Of a stretch of 60,171 bases of DNA, positions 23,663 through 32,907 are shown piece after piece (positions within the stretch are counted from its first letter, which is position 1; every line of letters starts with the position of its first letter). This DNA is from Parcubacteria group bacterium (GTDB lineage Bacteria > Patescibacteriota > Minisyncoccia > Moranbacterales > UBA2206): NCBI GenBank assembly GCA_041664225.1, contig JBAYLE010000005.1, positions 1 through 60,171 on the forward strand, in the 5' to 3' direction. Below the pieces are notes generated by a model. That model was given only the letters and a program-made list of their open reading frames with translations. It ran no database searches and was not told the DNA's origin. The translations under genes were made by a program, and so were the position numbers.

Positions 23663-26638
23663 ATGATAACGCGCATAAACGTAAAATATGCCACTCCAGA
23701 CGCCCGGGCAAAAGTAAAACAGAAAAATTTTGCAGAGCTGGGTCTGTGGGGGAAAATAAAAGCTGTTGAAATTGTGGATTCTTACGCTATAGATGCGAAG
23801 TTAAACTTTGCTGATATTAAGCGCGTGGCAAAAATTTTGACGAACCCTTTGATGGAGAAATCAACGATCAACAGGCTTGAAGTTTCCGGAAAATTTGATT
23901 GGATGATTGAAATCGGATTTCTGCCGGGGGTTACGGACAATGTCGGCGCGACAGCGAAAGAAACAATCGAAGATCTCCTGAAGAAAAAATTTAAAAACGG
24001 CGAAGGCGTCTATGTCTCGCAGGTTTTTTTTATTTCCGGAAAATTAAAACTCGAAGATATCCAAAAGATCGCTGACAGCCTCTATAACCCCCTGATTCAA
24101 AGCGCCAGGATAAAAAGTTACGCAGAATTTAGAAAACAAAAAGGAACAGAAAAAGACGTGCCAAAAGTCCGGCTGAGCTCGTCGCAAAATGTGGGGCAAG
24201 TGGATCTGGAGGTAAATGACGAAGAACTGATCAAGATCGGGAAACAGGGGATTGCCAACGCGGATGGAACCAGAAGAGGTCCCTTGGCGATGGATTTGGA
24301 TTATATGCTGACAATCCAAAAGTATTTTCGTAAAATTGGCAGACAGCCGACTGATTTGGAACTGGAATCGATAGCGCAAACATGGTCGGAACATTGTAAG
24401 CACACGATATTCGCCAATTCGATGGATGAAATCAAAGATGGTTTGTATAAGACATACATCAAAGGAGCGACAAATTTAATCAGAAAAAAGAAAGGTAGAA
24501 AGGATTTTTGTGTTTCAGTTTTTACCGATAATTCCGGCGGAATAGAATTTGATGAAAAATATATAATTACGCACAAAGCTGAAACTCACAATAGCCCCTC
24601 AGCTCTCGATCCTTTTGGCGGGGCGATTACCGGAATCGTTGGGGTAAATCGCGATGCTATGGGTTTTGGGTTAGGCGCGAAGCCGGTAGTGAATATCTAC
24701 GGATTTTGTCTGGCCGATCCAAAAGAAAAGAGAGTTCTATACAAAGATGAGGATCTCAAACAAAAAATACTTTCTCCTAAAAGAATTATGCAGGGAGTTA
24801 TCCAGGGCGTAAATGTCGGCGGCAATTGTTCCGGCATTCCGACAGCCCAAGGATTTTTGTTTTTTGATGAAAGATACCGAGGAAAGCCACTGGTGTTTGT
24901 GGGTACGGTCGGATTAATTCCGAAAAAAATCAGAGGAAAAGACTCCTGGAAAAAGAAAGCTATGCCAGGCGATTTAATTGTCATGGTAGGCGGCAGAGTC
25001 GGGCAGGATGGAATTCATGGAGCAACTTTTTCTTCTGAGGCGATGGATTCCGGCAGTCCGGCGACAGCGGTGCAAATCGGCGATCCGATTACGCAGAAAA
25101 AAATGAGTGATGCCATTATAAAAGAAGCGAGAGATGCCGGCTTGTATAACAGCATAACTGATAATGGCGCGGGCGGATTGTCATGCTCGGTCGCGGAAAT
25201 GGCCAAAGAATCTCATGGATGTTTTGTAGAATTAGAAAAGGTTCCAGTAAAATATCCCGGACTCGAACCTTGGAAAATTTGGATATCTGAGTCTCAAGAA
25301 AGAATGACGTTGTCTGTGCCGAAAAAGAAATGGCCGGCCTTTTTGAAATTAATGCAGAGAAGAGGAGTTGAGGCGACTGTGATCGGCGAATTTACGAATT
25401 CGGGCAAGTGTGTGGTGAAAAATAACGGGCGGGTTGTTATGGACATAGATCTGGATTTTTTGCATAACGGCTTGCCGGAAAAAAAGTTGCAGACCAAGGA
25501 GGTAAAGATTAAAAATCTTGAGCCTCCGAAACAGAAAGAGAAAAATTTAAACAAGGCGGTTATTCAAATGTTAAAACGTTTGAACATAACCAGTTCCGAA
25601 TTTATTTCCAAGCAGTACGACCACGAGGTTCAGGCCGGTTCCGTGCTGAAACCGCTCATGGGGAGAGGACGCGTCAATGGCGATACAGCAGTTATGTGCC
25701 CGGTGCTAAATTCAAAAAAGGGAATAGTTTTGTCCTATGGAATTAACCCTAATTATTCAGATATCAGCACATATCACATGGCGGCTTGCGCCATTGACTC
25801 TGCTATCCGCGGCGCAGTCGCTGGCGGTGCGGACATTGAAAGACTGGCGCTTCTGGATAATTTTTGTTGGTGCAGTTCCAATGAGCCGGAACGTTTATGG
25901 CAGCTCAAGCAGGCAGTAAAAGCTTGCCATGATTACGCGATTGCCTTCGGTACGCCATTTATCTCCGGAAAAGATAGTATGTTCAATGATTTCAAAGGCT
26001 TTGATGAAAACAAAAAGCCGCTCAAAATTTCTGTGCCGCCCACACTGCTCATTTCAGCGATTGGAGTCGTGCCGGATGTTGCCAGGACTGTTTCATTGGA
26101 CGCGAAATTTCCCGGTGATTTGATCTATATCCTCGGCGAAACTTTCGATGAGCTGGGTGCTTCTGAATATTTCGCACAAATAAGTGAAAAAGAAAATAAA
26201 AAATATATCGGTAATAATATTCCAAAAGTTGATGCCAGAAAAAACAAAAAAATCTACGCGGATCTTTGCAGATGTATTCAACGAGAACTGGTCGCTTCAT
26301 CAGTGAGCGTCGGCCGCGGAGGAATCGCAGTCGCGCTTTTGAAAACTGCCATGGCGGGCAAGCTGGGCGTCGATGTGGCGCTCGCAAAAATTCCCGGCAA
26401 CGTTTTGCAAAATGATTTGGCGCTTTTCTCCGAGAGCCAGGGGAGAATCATTGTGACTGTTTCGCCAAAAAATCAAAAAGAATTTGAGAAAAAGATGAAA
26501 GGCAATAAGGCCGAGCTTATCGGGAAAGTTACCAATAAGAATTTCGTGGAAATTAAAGGGCTGGATGGGAAAAATATCGTGAATCTCAATTTAAATTTCG
26601 CGCTATTGGCTTATCGATCAACATTTAAGGATTTTTAA
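23663..26638 (+). CDS. purL: FGAM synthase subunit PurL with N-terminal PurS-like extension
   Basis: 991 aa. AIR-synthase-like duplicated body (HNSPSALDPFGGA, GVNRD, DNGAGGL). The first roughly 90 aa resemble PurS. No separate purS ORF is seen. Confidence 0.85.
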   Translation: MITRINVKYATPDARAKVKQKNFAELGLWGKIKAVEIVDSYAIDAKLNFADIKRVAKILTNPLMEKSTINRLEVSGKFDWMIEIGFLPGVTDNVGATAKETIEDLLKKKFKNGEGVYVSQVFFISGKLKLEDIQKIADSLYNPLIQSARIKSYAEFRKQKGTEKDVPKVRLSSSQNVGQVDLEVNDEELIKIGKQGIANADGTRRGPLAMDLDYMLTIQKYFRKIGRQPTDLELESIAQTWSEHCKHTIFANSMDEIKDGLYKTYIKGATNLIRKKKGRKDFCVSVFTDNSGGIEFDEKYIITHKAETHNSPSALDPFGGAITGIVGVNRDAMGFGLGAKPVVNIYGFCLADPKEKRVLYKDEDLKQKILSPKRIMQGVIQGVNVGGNCSGIPTAQGFLFFDERYRGKPLVFVGTVGLIPKKIRGKDSWKKKAMPGDLIVMVGGRVGQDGIHGATFSSEAMDSGSPATAVQIGDPITQKKMSDAIIKEARDAGLYNSITDNGAGGLSCSVAEMAKESHGCFVELEKVPVKYPGLEPWKIWISESQERMTLSVPKKKWPAFLKLMQRRGVEATVIGEFTNSGKCVVKNNGRVVMDIDLDFLHNGLPEKKLQTKEVKIKNLEPPKQKEKNLNKAVIQMLKRLNITSSEFISKQYDHEVQAGSVLKPLMGRGRVNGDTAVMCPVLNSKKGIVLSYGINPNYSDISTYHMAACAIDSAIRGAVAGGADIERLALLDNFCWCSSNEPERLWQLKQAVKACHDYAIAFGTPFISGKDSMFNDFKGFDENKKPLKISVPPTLLISAIGVVPDVARTVSLDAKFPGDLIYILGETFDELGASEYFAQISEKENKKYIGNNIPKVDARKNKKIYADLCRCIQRELVASSVSVGRGGIAVALLKTAMAGKLGVDVALAKIPGNVLQNDLALFSESQGRIIVTVSPKNQKEFEKKMKGNKAELIGKVTNKNFVEIKGLDGKNIVNLNLNFALLAYRSTFKDF

Positions 26639-26639
26639 T

Positions 26640-27410
26640 ATGAGAAAACCAAAAGTTTTAATTCTTTCCGGCTATGGACTCAACTGTGAAGAGGAAACGA
26701 AGTTTGCTTTTGAATTGGCGGGAGCAGAAGGCCGGATCGTCCATATCAACGACCTGATTGATGGAAGTGTAAAACTTAAAAATTTTCAAATACTCGCGAT
26801 CCCGGGTGGATTTTCGTATGGCGATGATACCGGTTCCGGCAAGGCGTATGCCAATAAAATCAAGAATCATCTTCAGAAAGAAATTAATGATTTTGTGAAA
26901 GAGGACAAACTGGTCATCGGGATCTGCAATGGTTTTCAGATTCTTACCAATCTTGGCCTCTTGCCGGGAGCTTTGAACTTCAATGACTCCGCGCGCTATA
27001 CGGATCGCTGGGTGGATATCAAAATAGAGGGAGAGAGTCCGTGGCTTGTTGGAATCAAAACACTTTCTGTCCCGATTGCCCATGGAGAAGGAAAATATTT
27101 TACCGACAAAAAAACGCTGGCCAAATTGAAAAAAGAAAAAAGAATTACGGCAAAATATTTTAAGGGCGAAATTTGCCGCTATCAGGATTATCCGGCCAAT
27201 CCCAACGGAGCACTGGAGGATATCGCCGGAGTTCTGGGAGCAGGCGGAAAAATCTTAGGCATGATGCCGCATCCGGAAAGAGCGATGTTTTTCACTCAGC
27301 TGCCAAACTGGCCCTATTTGAAGGAAAAATACAAACGGGAAGGCAAAAAAATTCCGATCTATGGTCCAGGCCTCAAAATTTTCCAAAACGCCGTAAAATA
27401 TTTTCAATAA
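26640..27410 (+). CDS. purQ: FGAM synthase glutaminase subunit
   Basis: GICNGFQ (nucleophile Cys), MMPHPER. Confidence 0.9.
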   Translation: MRKPKVLILSGYGLNCEEETKFAFELAGAEGRIVHINDLIDGSVKLKNFQILAIPGGFSYGDDTGSGKAYANKIKNHLQKEINDFVKEDKLVIGICNGFQILTNLGLLPGALNFNDSARYTDRWVDIKIEGESPWLVGIKTLSVPIAHGEGKYFTDKKTLAKLKKEKRITAKYFKGEICRYQDYPANPNGALEDIAGVLGAGGKILGMMPHPERAMFFTQLPNWPYLKEKYKREGKKIPIYGPGLKIFQNAVKYFQ

Positions 27411-27411
27411 T

Positions 27412-27945
27412 ATGAAATCAAAAAATAACTGGTACGTTATTACTGGCGCACCATCTTCCGGGAAAACCACACTGATTAAACAACTTGAAGAAAAAGGCTA
27501 CTACGTCATTCATGAAGTAGCTAGGGAGTATATTGACAAAGAAATGGCTAAAGGCAAGACGATTGAGGAAATACGCAAAAATGAGCGACATTTTCAAGAT
27601 GAAGTGTTGAAAATGAAGATTGATTTAGAAAAAAAGCTTTCTAAAAATAAAATCATTTTTTTTGACCGCGGAATTCCTGACAGTCTGGCATATTACAAGC
27701 TTTATGGCTGGAAGGTAAGCCAGGATCTTCAAAAAGCAGTGGACGAGTGCTGGTATAAAAAAATATTTTTGCTGGATTTCTATGATTTTAAAAAAGATTA
27801 CGCGCGAACCGAGAGCAGGGAACAGCAGGTGAAAATCCATGACCTTATGGAAAAAACTTATCGAGAAACTAAAATTCCATTGGAAATAATTCCTAAGATG
27901 GAAATAAAAGAGCATAGAGCCAAACATATATTAAAAAATTTATAA
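27412..27945 (+). CDS. P-loop NTPase/kinase-like protein (AAA_28/NadR-ATPase-like)
   Basis: Walker A ITGAPSSGKTTL, FFDRG (Walker B/lid-like). Start is 1 nt after the purQ stop. Confidence 0.6.
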   Translation: MKSKNNWYVITGAPSSGKTTLIKQLEEKGYYVIHEVAREYIDKEMAKGKTIEEIRKNERHFQDEVLKMKIDLEKKLSKNKIIFFDRGIPDSLAYYKLYGWKVSQDLQKAVDECWYKKIFLLDFYDFKKDYARTESREQQVKIHDLMEKTYRETKIPLEIIPKMEIKEHRAKHILKNL

Positions 27946-27963
27946 AAATTAATTTGTATTCTT

Positions 27964-28482
27964 ATGGACAAAGCAACAGTGGGAATTATTATGGGTTCAG
28001 ATTCTGATTTAGAGGTGATGCAGGGAGCAGCCAAGGTCATGGAAGAATTCGGAGTGCCGTATGAAATTACGGTCTGTTCGGCCCATCGCACACCAGAAGC
28101 GGCGCATAATTTTGCAGCTTCTGCCAAGGAACGCGGCCTCAAGGTTATAATTGCTAGCGCGGGGGGCGCCGCGCATCTGGCCGGCGCGATGGCTGGCAGT
28201 ACCATCTTGCCGGTGATTGGCGTGCCGATTAATTGGAAACTGAATGGCTTGGATGCTTTGCTGGCCACTGTGCAGATGCCGCCGGGCGTTCCTGTAGCCA
28301 CAGTTGGAATTGATAACGCAAAAAATGCGGGCTTGCTGGCCGTTCAAATTTTAGCCACGGCCGATGCTGCTCTTGCGGGCAAGATGGATGAGTATAAGAA
28401 AAAAATGGCCGATGAAGTTTTGGCCAAAGCCAAAAAATTGGAAGAAGAAGGATATAAAAAATATCTATCTGATAAAAAATAA
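27964..28482 (+). CDS. purE: N5-CAIR mutase (class I PurE signature)
   Basis: GSDSDL, CSAHRTP, SAGGAAHLAG, matching the class I pattern (SAHRTP / AGGAAHL) rather than class II. Confidence 0.85.
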   Translation: MDKATVGIIMGSDSDLEVMQGAAKVMEEFGVPYEITVCSAHRTPEAAHNFAASAKERGLKVIIASAGGAAHLAGAMAGSTILPVIGVPINWKLNGLDALLATVQMPPGVPVATVGIDNAKNAGLLAVQILATADAALAGKMDEYKKKMADEVLAKAKKLEEEGYKKYLSDKK

Positions 28483-28483
28483 A

Positions 28484-29629
28484 ATGAGCGAAGAACAAAA
28501 AAGCTTATATGCGCAAGACGGCGTAGATGTTATCGAAGAAGCTGATTTCAGTAAATACGCAGCTTCGATTTGTAAAACTAGCTATGAAAATTCTTTTTTT
28601 GTAGATGTGCATGATCTTTCTCTGGGGCAATTTCGCGGACCCAGGCCCTTTAGTTTCAAAAATTTACCTGAAGGATTTTTTATTGAAGCTTCAACTGATG
28701 GAATCGGGACCAAAGGAATAATTATTGATGCAGCTAAGACTCATGCTGACGCGGCTTATGATCTTATTGCTATGACAGCGAGCGATATAACTCGCTATGG
28801 AGGCGTACCTTTAGTTTTTGTTAACGCTCTGGATATTGTTTCAGTAGGTGAAGATAATGATGAAGCCAGACTTGCTTATAAAAGCGTATTGGACGGGCTA
28901 GGTAAGGTTGCCAAAGATTCAAATATAGTTATTTTGAAGGGCGAAACTGCACAGATGGGAGTTTGTATCGGGTCAGAGATAGCAGACTCCAAAACTAAAC
29001 TTAATTGGACTGGTGCGATGATTGGCGCTTACCATAAAGACAAAATGATTACGGGGGAAACCATAAGGCCCGGACAGATTATTTTAGCCTTAAAAGAAAA
29101 TGGTTTTCGCTGCAATGGGATTAGTTCTTTGCGTAAAGCTTTAGCGAATAAATTCGGAGAACAGTGGTGGAAAAATCCCGAAGCCAAAAAAAGTATAAAG
29201 CTGGCTGCGACTCCATCTGTTCTTTATGATAAGTATGTGACCACTCTTCATGGCTGGTACAATAGCGATTTTAAACCGAAAGTTAAGCTTCATGCAGTAG
29301 TTCATGTTTCCGGGGGAGCTATAAAAGAAAAATTGGCTAAAGATATTTTATTTTCTCAAGGAATGGGCGCAGATATTGATGATCTCTGGGATCCGCCGAA
29401 AATAATGAAGGAATGTGCACAATGGCGTGGAATAAAAGACGAAGAATTTTATGAAACTTGGAATGGTGGGCAAGGAATGATGTTGATTGTGGATGAGAAA
29501 GATGCAGAAAAATGTCTAAATTTAGCCAAGGACTTTGGAATTGAAGCTAAAATTTCTGGTAAAGTTACAAATATTCCAAAAGTAAAAATATTTTCCAAAT
29601 TATCAAATAAAGAAATTATTTATTCTTGA
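28484..29629 (+). CDS. purM: AIR synthase (PurM-like)
   Basis: STDGIGTK, PurM-type N and C domains. ATG at 28484 is 1 nt after the purE stop. The ORF-track start at 28364 overlaps purE and is rejected. Confidence 0.75.
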   Translation: MSEEQKSLYAQDGVDVIEEADFSKYAASICKTSYENSFFVDVHDLSLGQFRGPRPFSFKNLPEGFFIEASTDGIGTKGIIIDAAKTHADAAYDLIAMTASDITRYGGVPLVFVNALDIVSVGEDNDEARLAYKSVLDGLGKVAKDSNIVILKGETAQMGVCIGSEIADSKTKLNWTGAMIGAYHKDKMITGETIRPGQIILALKENGFRCNGISSLRKALANKFGEQWWKNPEAKKSIKLAATPSVLYDKYVTTLHGWYNSDFKPKVKLHAVVHVSGGAIKEKLAKDILFSQGMGADIDDLWDPPKIMKECAQWRGIKDEEFYETWNGGQGMMLIVDEKDAEKCLNLAKDFGIEAKISGKVTNIPKVKIFSKLSNKEIIYS

Positions 29630-29662
29630 TAAAATTAAAAAATAATTAATTAAAATAAACAA

Positions 29663-30631
29663 ATGGACAAAGAATTTATAGCGCAAAACATCAAAAATGT
29701 TTTGAAGGAAACCGACCTGCCTGAATTAGGGCAAAAAAGAAAGGGCAAGGTGCGGGATATTTATGATCAAGGAGATAAGCTGATTCTCATTTCTACGGAC
29801 CGTCATTCTTCATTTGATCGGATTATTGCTCACATTCCTTTTAAAGGACAAGTCCTGACCGGAACCAGCCGGTGGTGGTTTGAAAAAGTTAAAGATATTA
29901 TCCCTAATCATGTCATAGATTATCCCGATCCTAATGTGGTTGTGGGGAAAAAATATAAAATTGTTCCGATTGAGGTTGTCCCGCGTGCATATATTACCGG
30001 ATCGACTAATACCTCTCTCTGGACGCATTATCAAAACGGAAAAAGAGATTTTGGTGATTTTATTCTACCAGAAGGATTAAAGAAAAATCAGAAATTAGAA
30101 AAAACTGTCCTGACTATCACAACCAAACTAGAAGAACACGACAGGAGCCTGAGTTCGGGGGAAGCTGTGGCAGAAGGGCTGATATCGGCAGAAATTATGG
30201 AAAAAGTTAAGGAAGCAGCTCTCCGAATTTTTGAAAGAGGGCAGCGAATCGCTAATGAAAAGGGGCTGATCCTAGTTGACACCAAATTTGAATTCGGTCT
30301 GGATGAAAATAATGATTTGGTGCTTATCGATGAGCTTCTCACCCCAGACTCGGCTCGTTGGTGGATGCTGGGCAGTTATGAAGAAAGATTTAGGAATGGA
30401 CAAGATCCGGAATATTTTGACAAAGAATTTTTGCGGTTGTGGTTCAAGGATAAATGTGATCCGTATAAAGATGAGGTTCTACCTGAGCTTCCAGAGGACA
30501 TGATAGTGGAAATGGCGTCCAGGTATATCCAGATATATGAACAGATAGTTGGAGAAAAATTCGAAGTGGACGTTACTATTCCAATTGAAGAGAGGATAAA
30601 GAATAATCTTAGAAAATATGCAAAGGCTTAA
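29663..30631 (+). CDS. purC: SAICAR synthase
   Basis: GKVRDIY, STDRHSSFD, LVDTKFEFG. Confidence 0.9.
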   Translation: MDKEFIAQNIKNVLKETDLPELGQKRKGKVRDIYDQGDKLILISTDRHSSFDRIIAHIPFKGQVLTGTSRWWFEKVKDIIPNHVIDYPDPNVVVGKKYKIVPIEVVPRAYITGSTNTSLWTHYQNGKRDFGDFILPEGLKKNQKLEKTVLTITTKLEEHDRSLSSGEAVAEGLISAEIMEKVKEAALRIFERGQRIANEKGLILVDTKFEFGLDENNDLVLIDELLTPDSARWWMLGSYEERFRNGQDPEYFDKEFLRLWFKDKCDPYKDEVLPELPEDMIVEMASRYIQIYEQIVGEKFEVDVTIPIEERIKNNLRKYAKA

Positions 30632-32000
30632 GGCAATTAGCCCGATTGACGGACGGTACCATGAAAAAACAGAAATCCTCTCCCAATTTTTTAGTGAGGA
30701 GGCTCTTATTAAATATAGAATTATTATTGAGGGAGAATATCTCTTAGGTCTGTCGAATACGCCAGGAGTGGGACTTCGAAAATTTTCTGCAAAAGAAAAA
30801 AATATTATCCGGACGCTTTCCAATTTGAAAGAAAAAGATATTTCGAGGGTCAAAGAAATCGAAGCTGCGACCAATCATGATGTAAAAGCAATCGAATATT
30901 TTATAAAAGAAAAACTTAAAAAAACAACGCTAAGTGATTCTTTGGAGTGGATTCATTTCGCGCTAACTTCGGAGGACACTAATAATATGTCCTATGCGTT
31001 GATGCTTTCCGACTCTCTGGCGCAAGTTATCTTGCCAGTTCTGGAAGAAATTAACGCAAAAATGGAAAACTTTGCCGTAAAAAATAAAGCTGTAGTTGCC
31101 ATTGCTCGAACGCATGGCCAAGCAGCATCGCCTACGACAATCGGAAAAGAGTTCAAGGTATTTGCTGCTCGTTTGGCAAGGCAAATAAAGCAACTTAAGA
31201 ATTTTAAAATCCAGGCCAAGCTTAATGGCGCTACGGGTAATTATAATGCTCATCGCGCAGCCTATCCAAAAGTAAACTGGATGAGGTTTACAGAGACTTT
31301 TGTTGCAGGTTTTAATACGTCAAGAAAAGTTAAGCTTAAAACTAATTTAATTACAACGCAAATTGAATCGCATGACACCTATGCCGAACTTTTCAGTATC
31401 ATGCAAAGAATCAATACTATCTTGATCGATTTCGATCAGGACATCTGGCGATATATCAGTGATAATTGGATCATCCAAAAACTCAAAAAGGGAGAGGTTG
31501 GGTCTTCGACAATGCCACACAAGGTAAATCCTATAGACTTTGAAAATAGCGAAGGTAATTTGGGTATTGCTAATGTGCTTTTTTCTTTTTTTGCCAACAA
31601 GCTTCCGATTTCAAGATTACAAAGAGATTTATCTGACTCGACTGTCGAAAGAAATTTTGGTGTAGCTCTGGCGCACAGCCTAATTGCTTACAAATCTATC
31701 TTAAAAGGGCTGGAAAAGATAAATTTGAATTATAAAAAGATGGCGGAAGAAGTTGAAAATCATCCCGAGGTTGTAGCTGAAGCAATCCAAACAATTTTGC
31801 GAAGGGAAAAATACCCCATTCCGTATGAGCAATTAAAAGAATTAACTAGGGGGAAAAAATGTACTTTGCAGGATTTTGAAAAGTTTATTAATGGATTGCA
31901 CATCTCTAAAAAAATTAAGCAGGAACTTCATTCCACAGCTCCTCAAAATTACACGGGAATTGCTGAAAAATTGGCGATATTGAATAAGAGCGACCTATGA
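30618..32000 (+). CDS. purB: Adenylosuccinate lyase
   Basis: SPIDGRY, TSEDTNN, GSSTMPHKVNP signature loop. Confidence 0.9.
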   Translation: MQRLKAISPIDGRYHEKTEILSQFFSEEALIKYRIIIEGEYLLGLSNTPGVGLRKFSAKEKNIIRTLSNLKEKDISRVKEIEAATNHDVKAIEYFIKEKLKKTTLSDSLEWIHFALTSEDTNNMSYALMLSDSLAQVILPVLEEINAKMENFAVKNKAVVAIARTHGQAASPTTIGKEFKVFAARLARQIKQLKNFKIQAKLNGATGNYNAHRAAYPKVNWMRFTETFVAGFNTSRKVKLKTNLITTQIESHDTYAELFSIMQRINTILIDFDQDIWRYISDNWIIQKLKKGEVGSSTMPHKVNPIDFENSEGNLGIANVLFSFFANKLPISRLQRDLSDSTVERNFGVALAHSLIAYKSILKGLEKINLNYKKMAEEVENHPEVVAEAIQTILRREKYPIPYEQLKELTRGKKCTLQDFEKFINGLHISKKIKQELHSTAPQNYTGIAEKLAILNKSDL

Positions 32001-32440
32001 AAATTAATCTCGAAATCAACAACACAACCCAAAGCCCCGTGGAGGATGATTTTTTTATTTCTGTTGCGGAAAAAACTTTTGCGGAATTAAGACTCAATTT
32101 TTTAGAAGAAAAAGAAGTGACTGTCAGTCTTGCGCTGGTAAAGCCTGAGGAAATTCAGAAACTTAATAGAGTTCATAGAAAAAACAATAGCGTAACTGAC
32201 ATTTTGTCTTTTGCGGAATATAGAGAAATCGAAGAAATAAAAAAAGATGTGGATAAGGAAATATTTCTCGGCGAGCTGATTTTATGTTATGATGATATAA
32301 AGGAATATGCGGCCGATGAAGGCATAAAATTGGAAAAAGAGCTGGCCAATGTTGTTTCGCATGGCATCTTGCATCTTTTGGGTTTTGAGCATGGAGAAAA
32401 AATGTTTGAACTGCAAAATAGAATAAAAAACAAAATTTAA
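31997..32440 (+). CDS. ybeY: rRNA maturation endoribonuclease YbeY
   Basis: HGILHLLGFEH zinc motif. ATGA overlap with purB. Confidence 0.9.
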   Translation: MKINLEINNTTQSPVEDDFFISVAEKTFAELRLNFLEEKEVTVSLALVKPEEIQKLNRVHRKNNSVTDILSFAEYREIEEIKKDVDKEIFLGELILCYDDIKEYAADEGIKLEKELANVVSHGILHLLGFEHGEKMFELQNRIKNKI

Positions 32441-32451
32441 GAAATAAAACA

Positions 32452-32832
32452 ATGAAAAGATTTAGAGAATTTTCACACAGTTGCCGGCATGCCGTGCGCG
32501 GCCTGGTGTACGCGCTCAAATTTGAAAAGAATTTTCAGAACGAAGTGGCAATTGGGCTTTTAGTTGTTTTTTGTATGTTTTATTTTCACGTTACTCGTGC
32601 TGAAATGGTTGTTTTGTTTATTGTCATCATGGAGGTTCTAGTGTTCGAATTATTGAATACTATCATGGAGAGAATAGTGGATATATTGAAACCTAGGGTG
32701 CATCCCTATGCCAAGCTGATCAAAGATTTGATGGCGGGCACAGTACTCCTTTCTTCGATTTTGGCTCTGATCATCGGCTTGATAATCTTCCTGCCCTATG
32801 TAGTGCCGAAAATTCAGGCGTTGATGGGGTAG
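32452..32832 (+). CDS. dgkA: Diacylglycerol/undecaprenol kinase (DgkA family)
   Basis: Three TM segments, ELLNTIMERIVD motif. Confidence 0.8.
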   Translation: MKRFREFSHSCRHAVRGLVYALKFEKNFQNEVAIGLLVVFCMFYFHVTRAEMVVLFIVIMEVLVFELLNTIMERIVDILKPRVHPYAKLIKDLMAGTVLLSSILALIIGLIIFLPYVVPKIQALMG

Positions 32833-32907
32833 GTGTAGAGGTAAAATCATTGTCAAATGTCGTTTTTTAGCCTATTATTTATCTAATCAGTATTTAAGGT
32901 AAAATTC

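Noticed and set aside
28364-28483. Upstream part of the purM ORF
   Set aside because: It lies out of frame within purE. The PurM-like sequence starts at ATG 28484, right after the purE stop.
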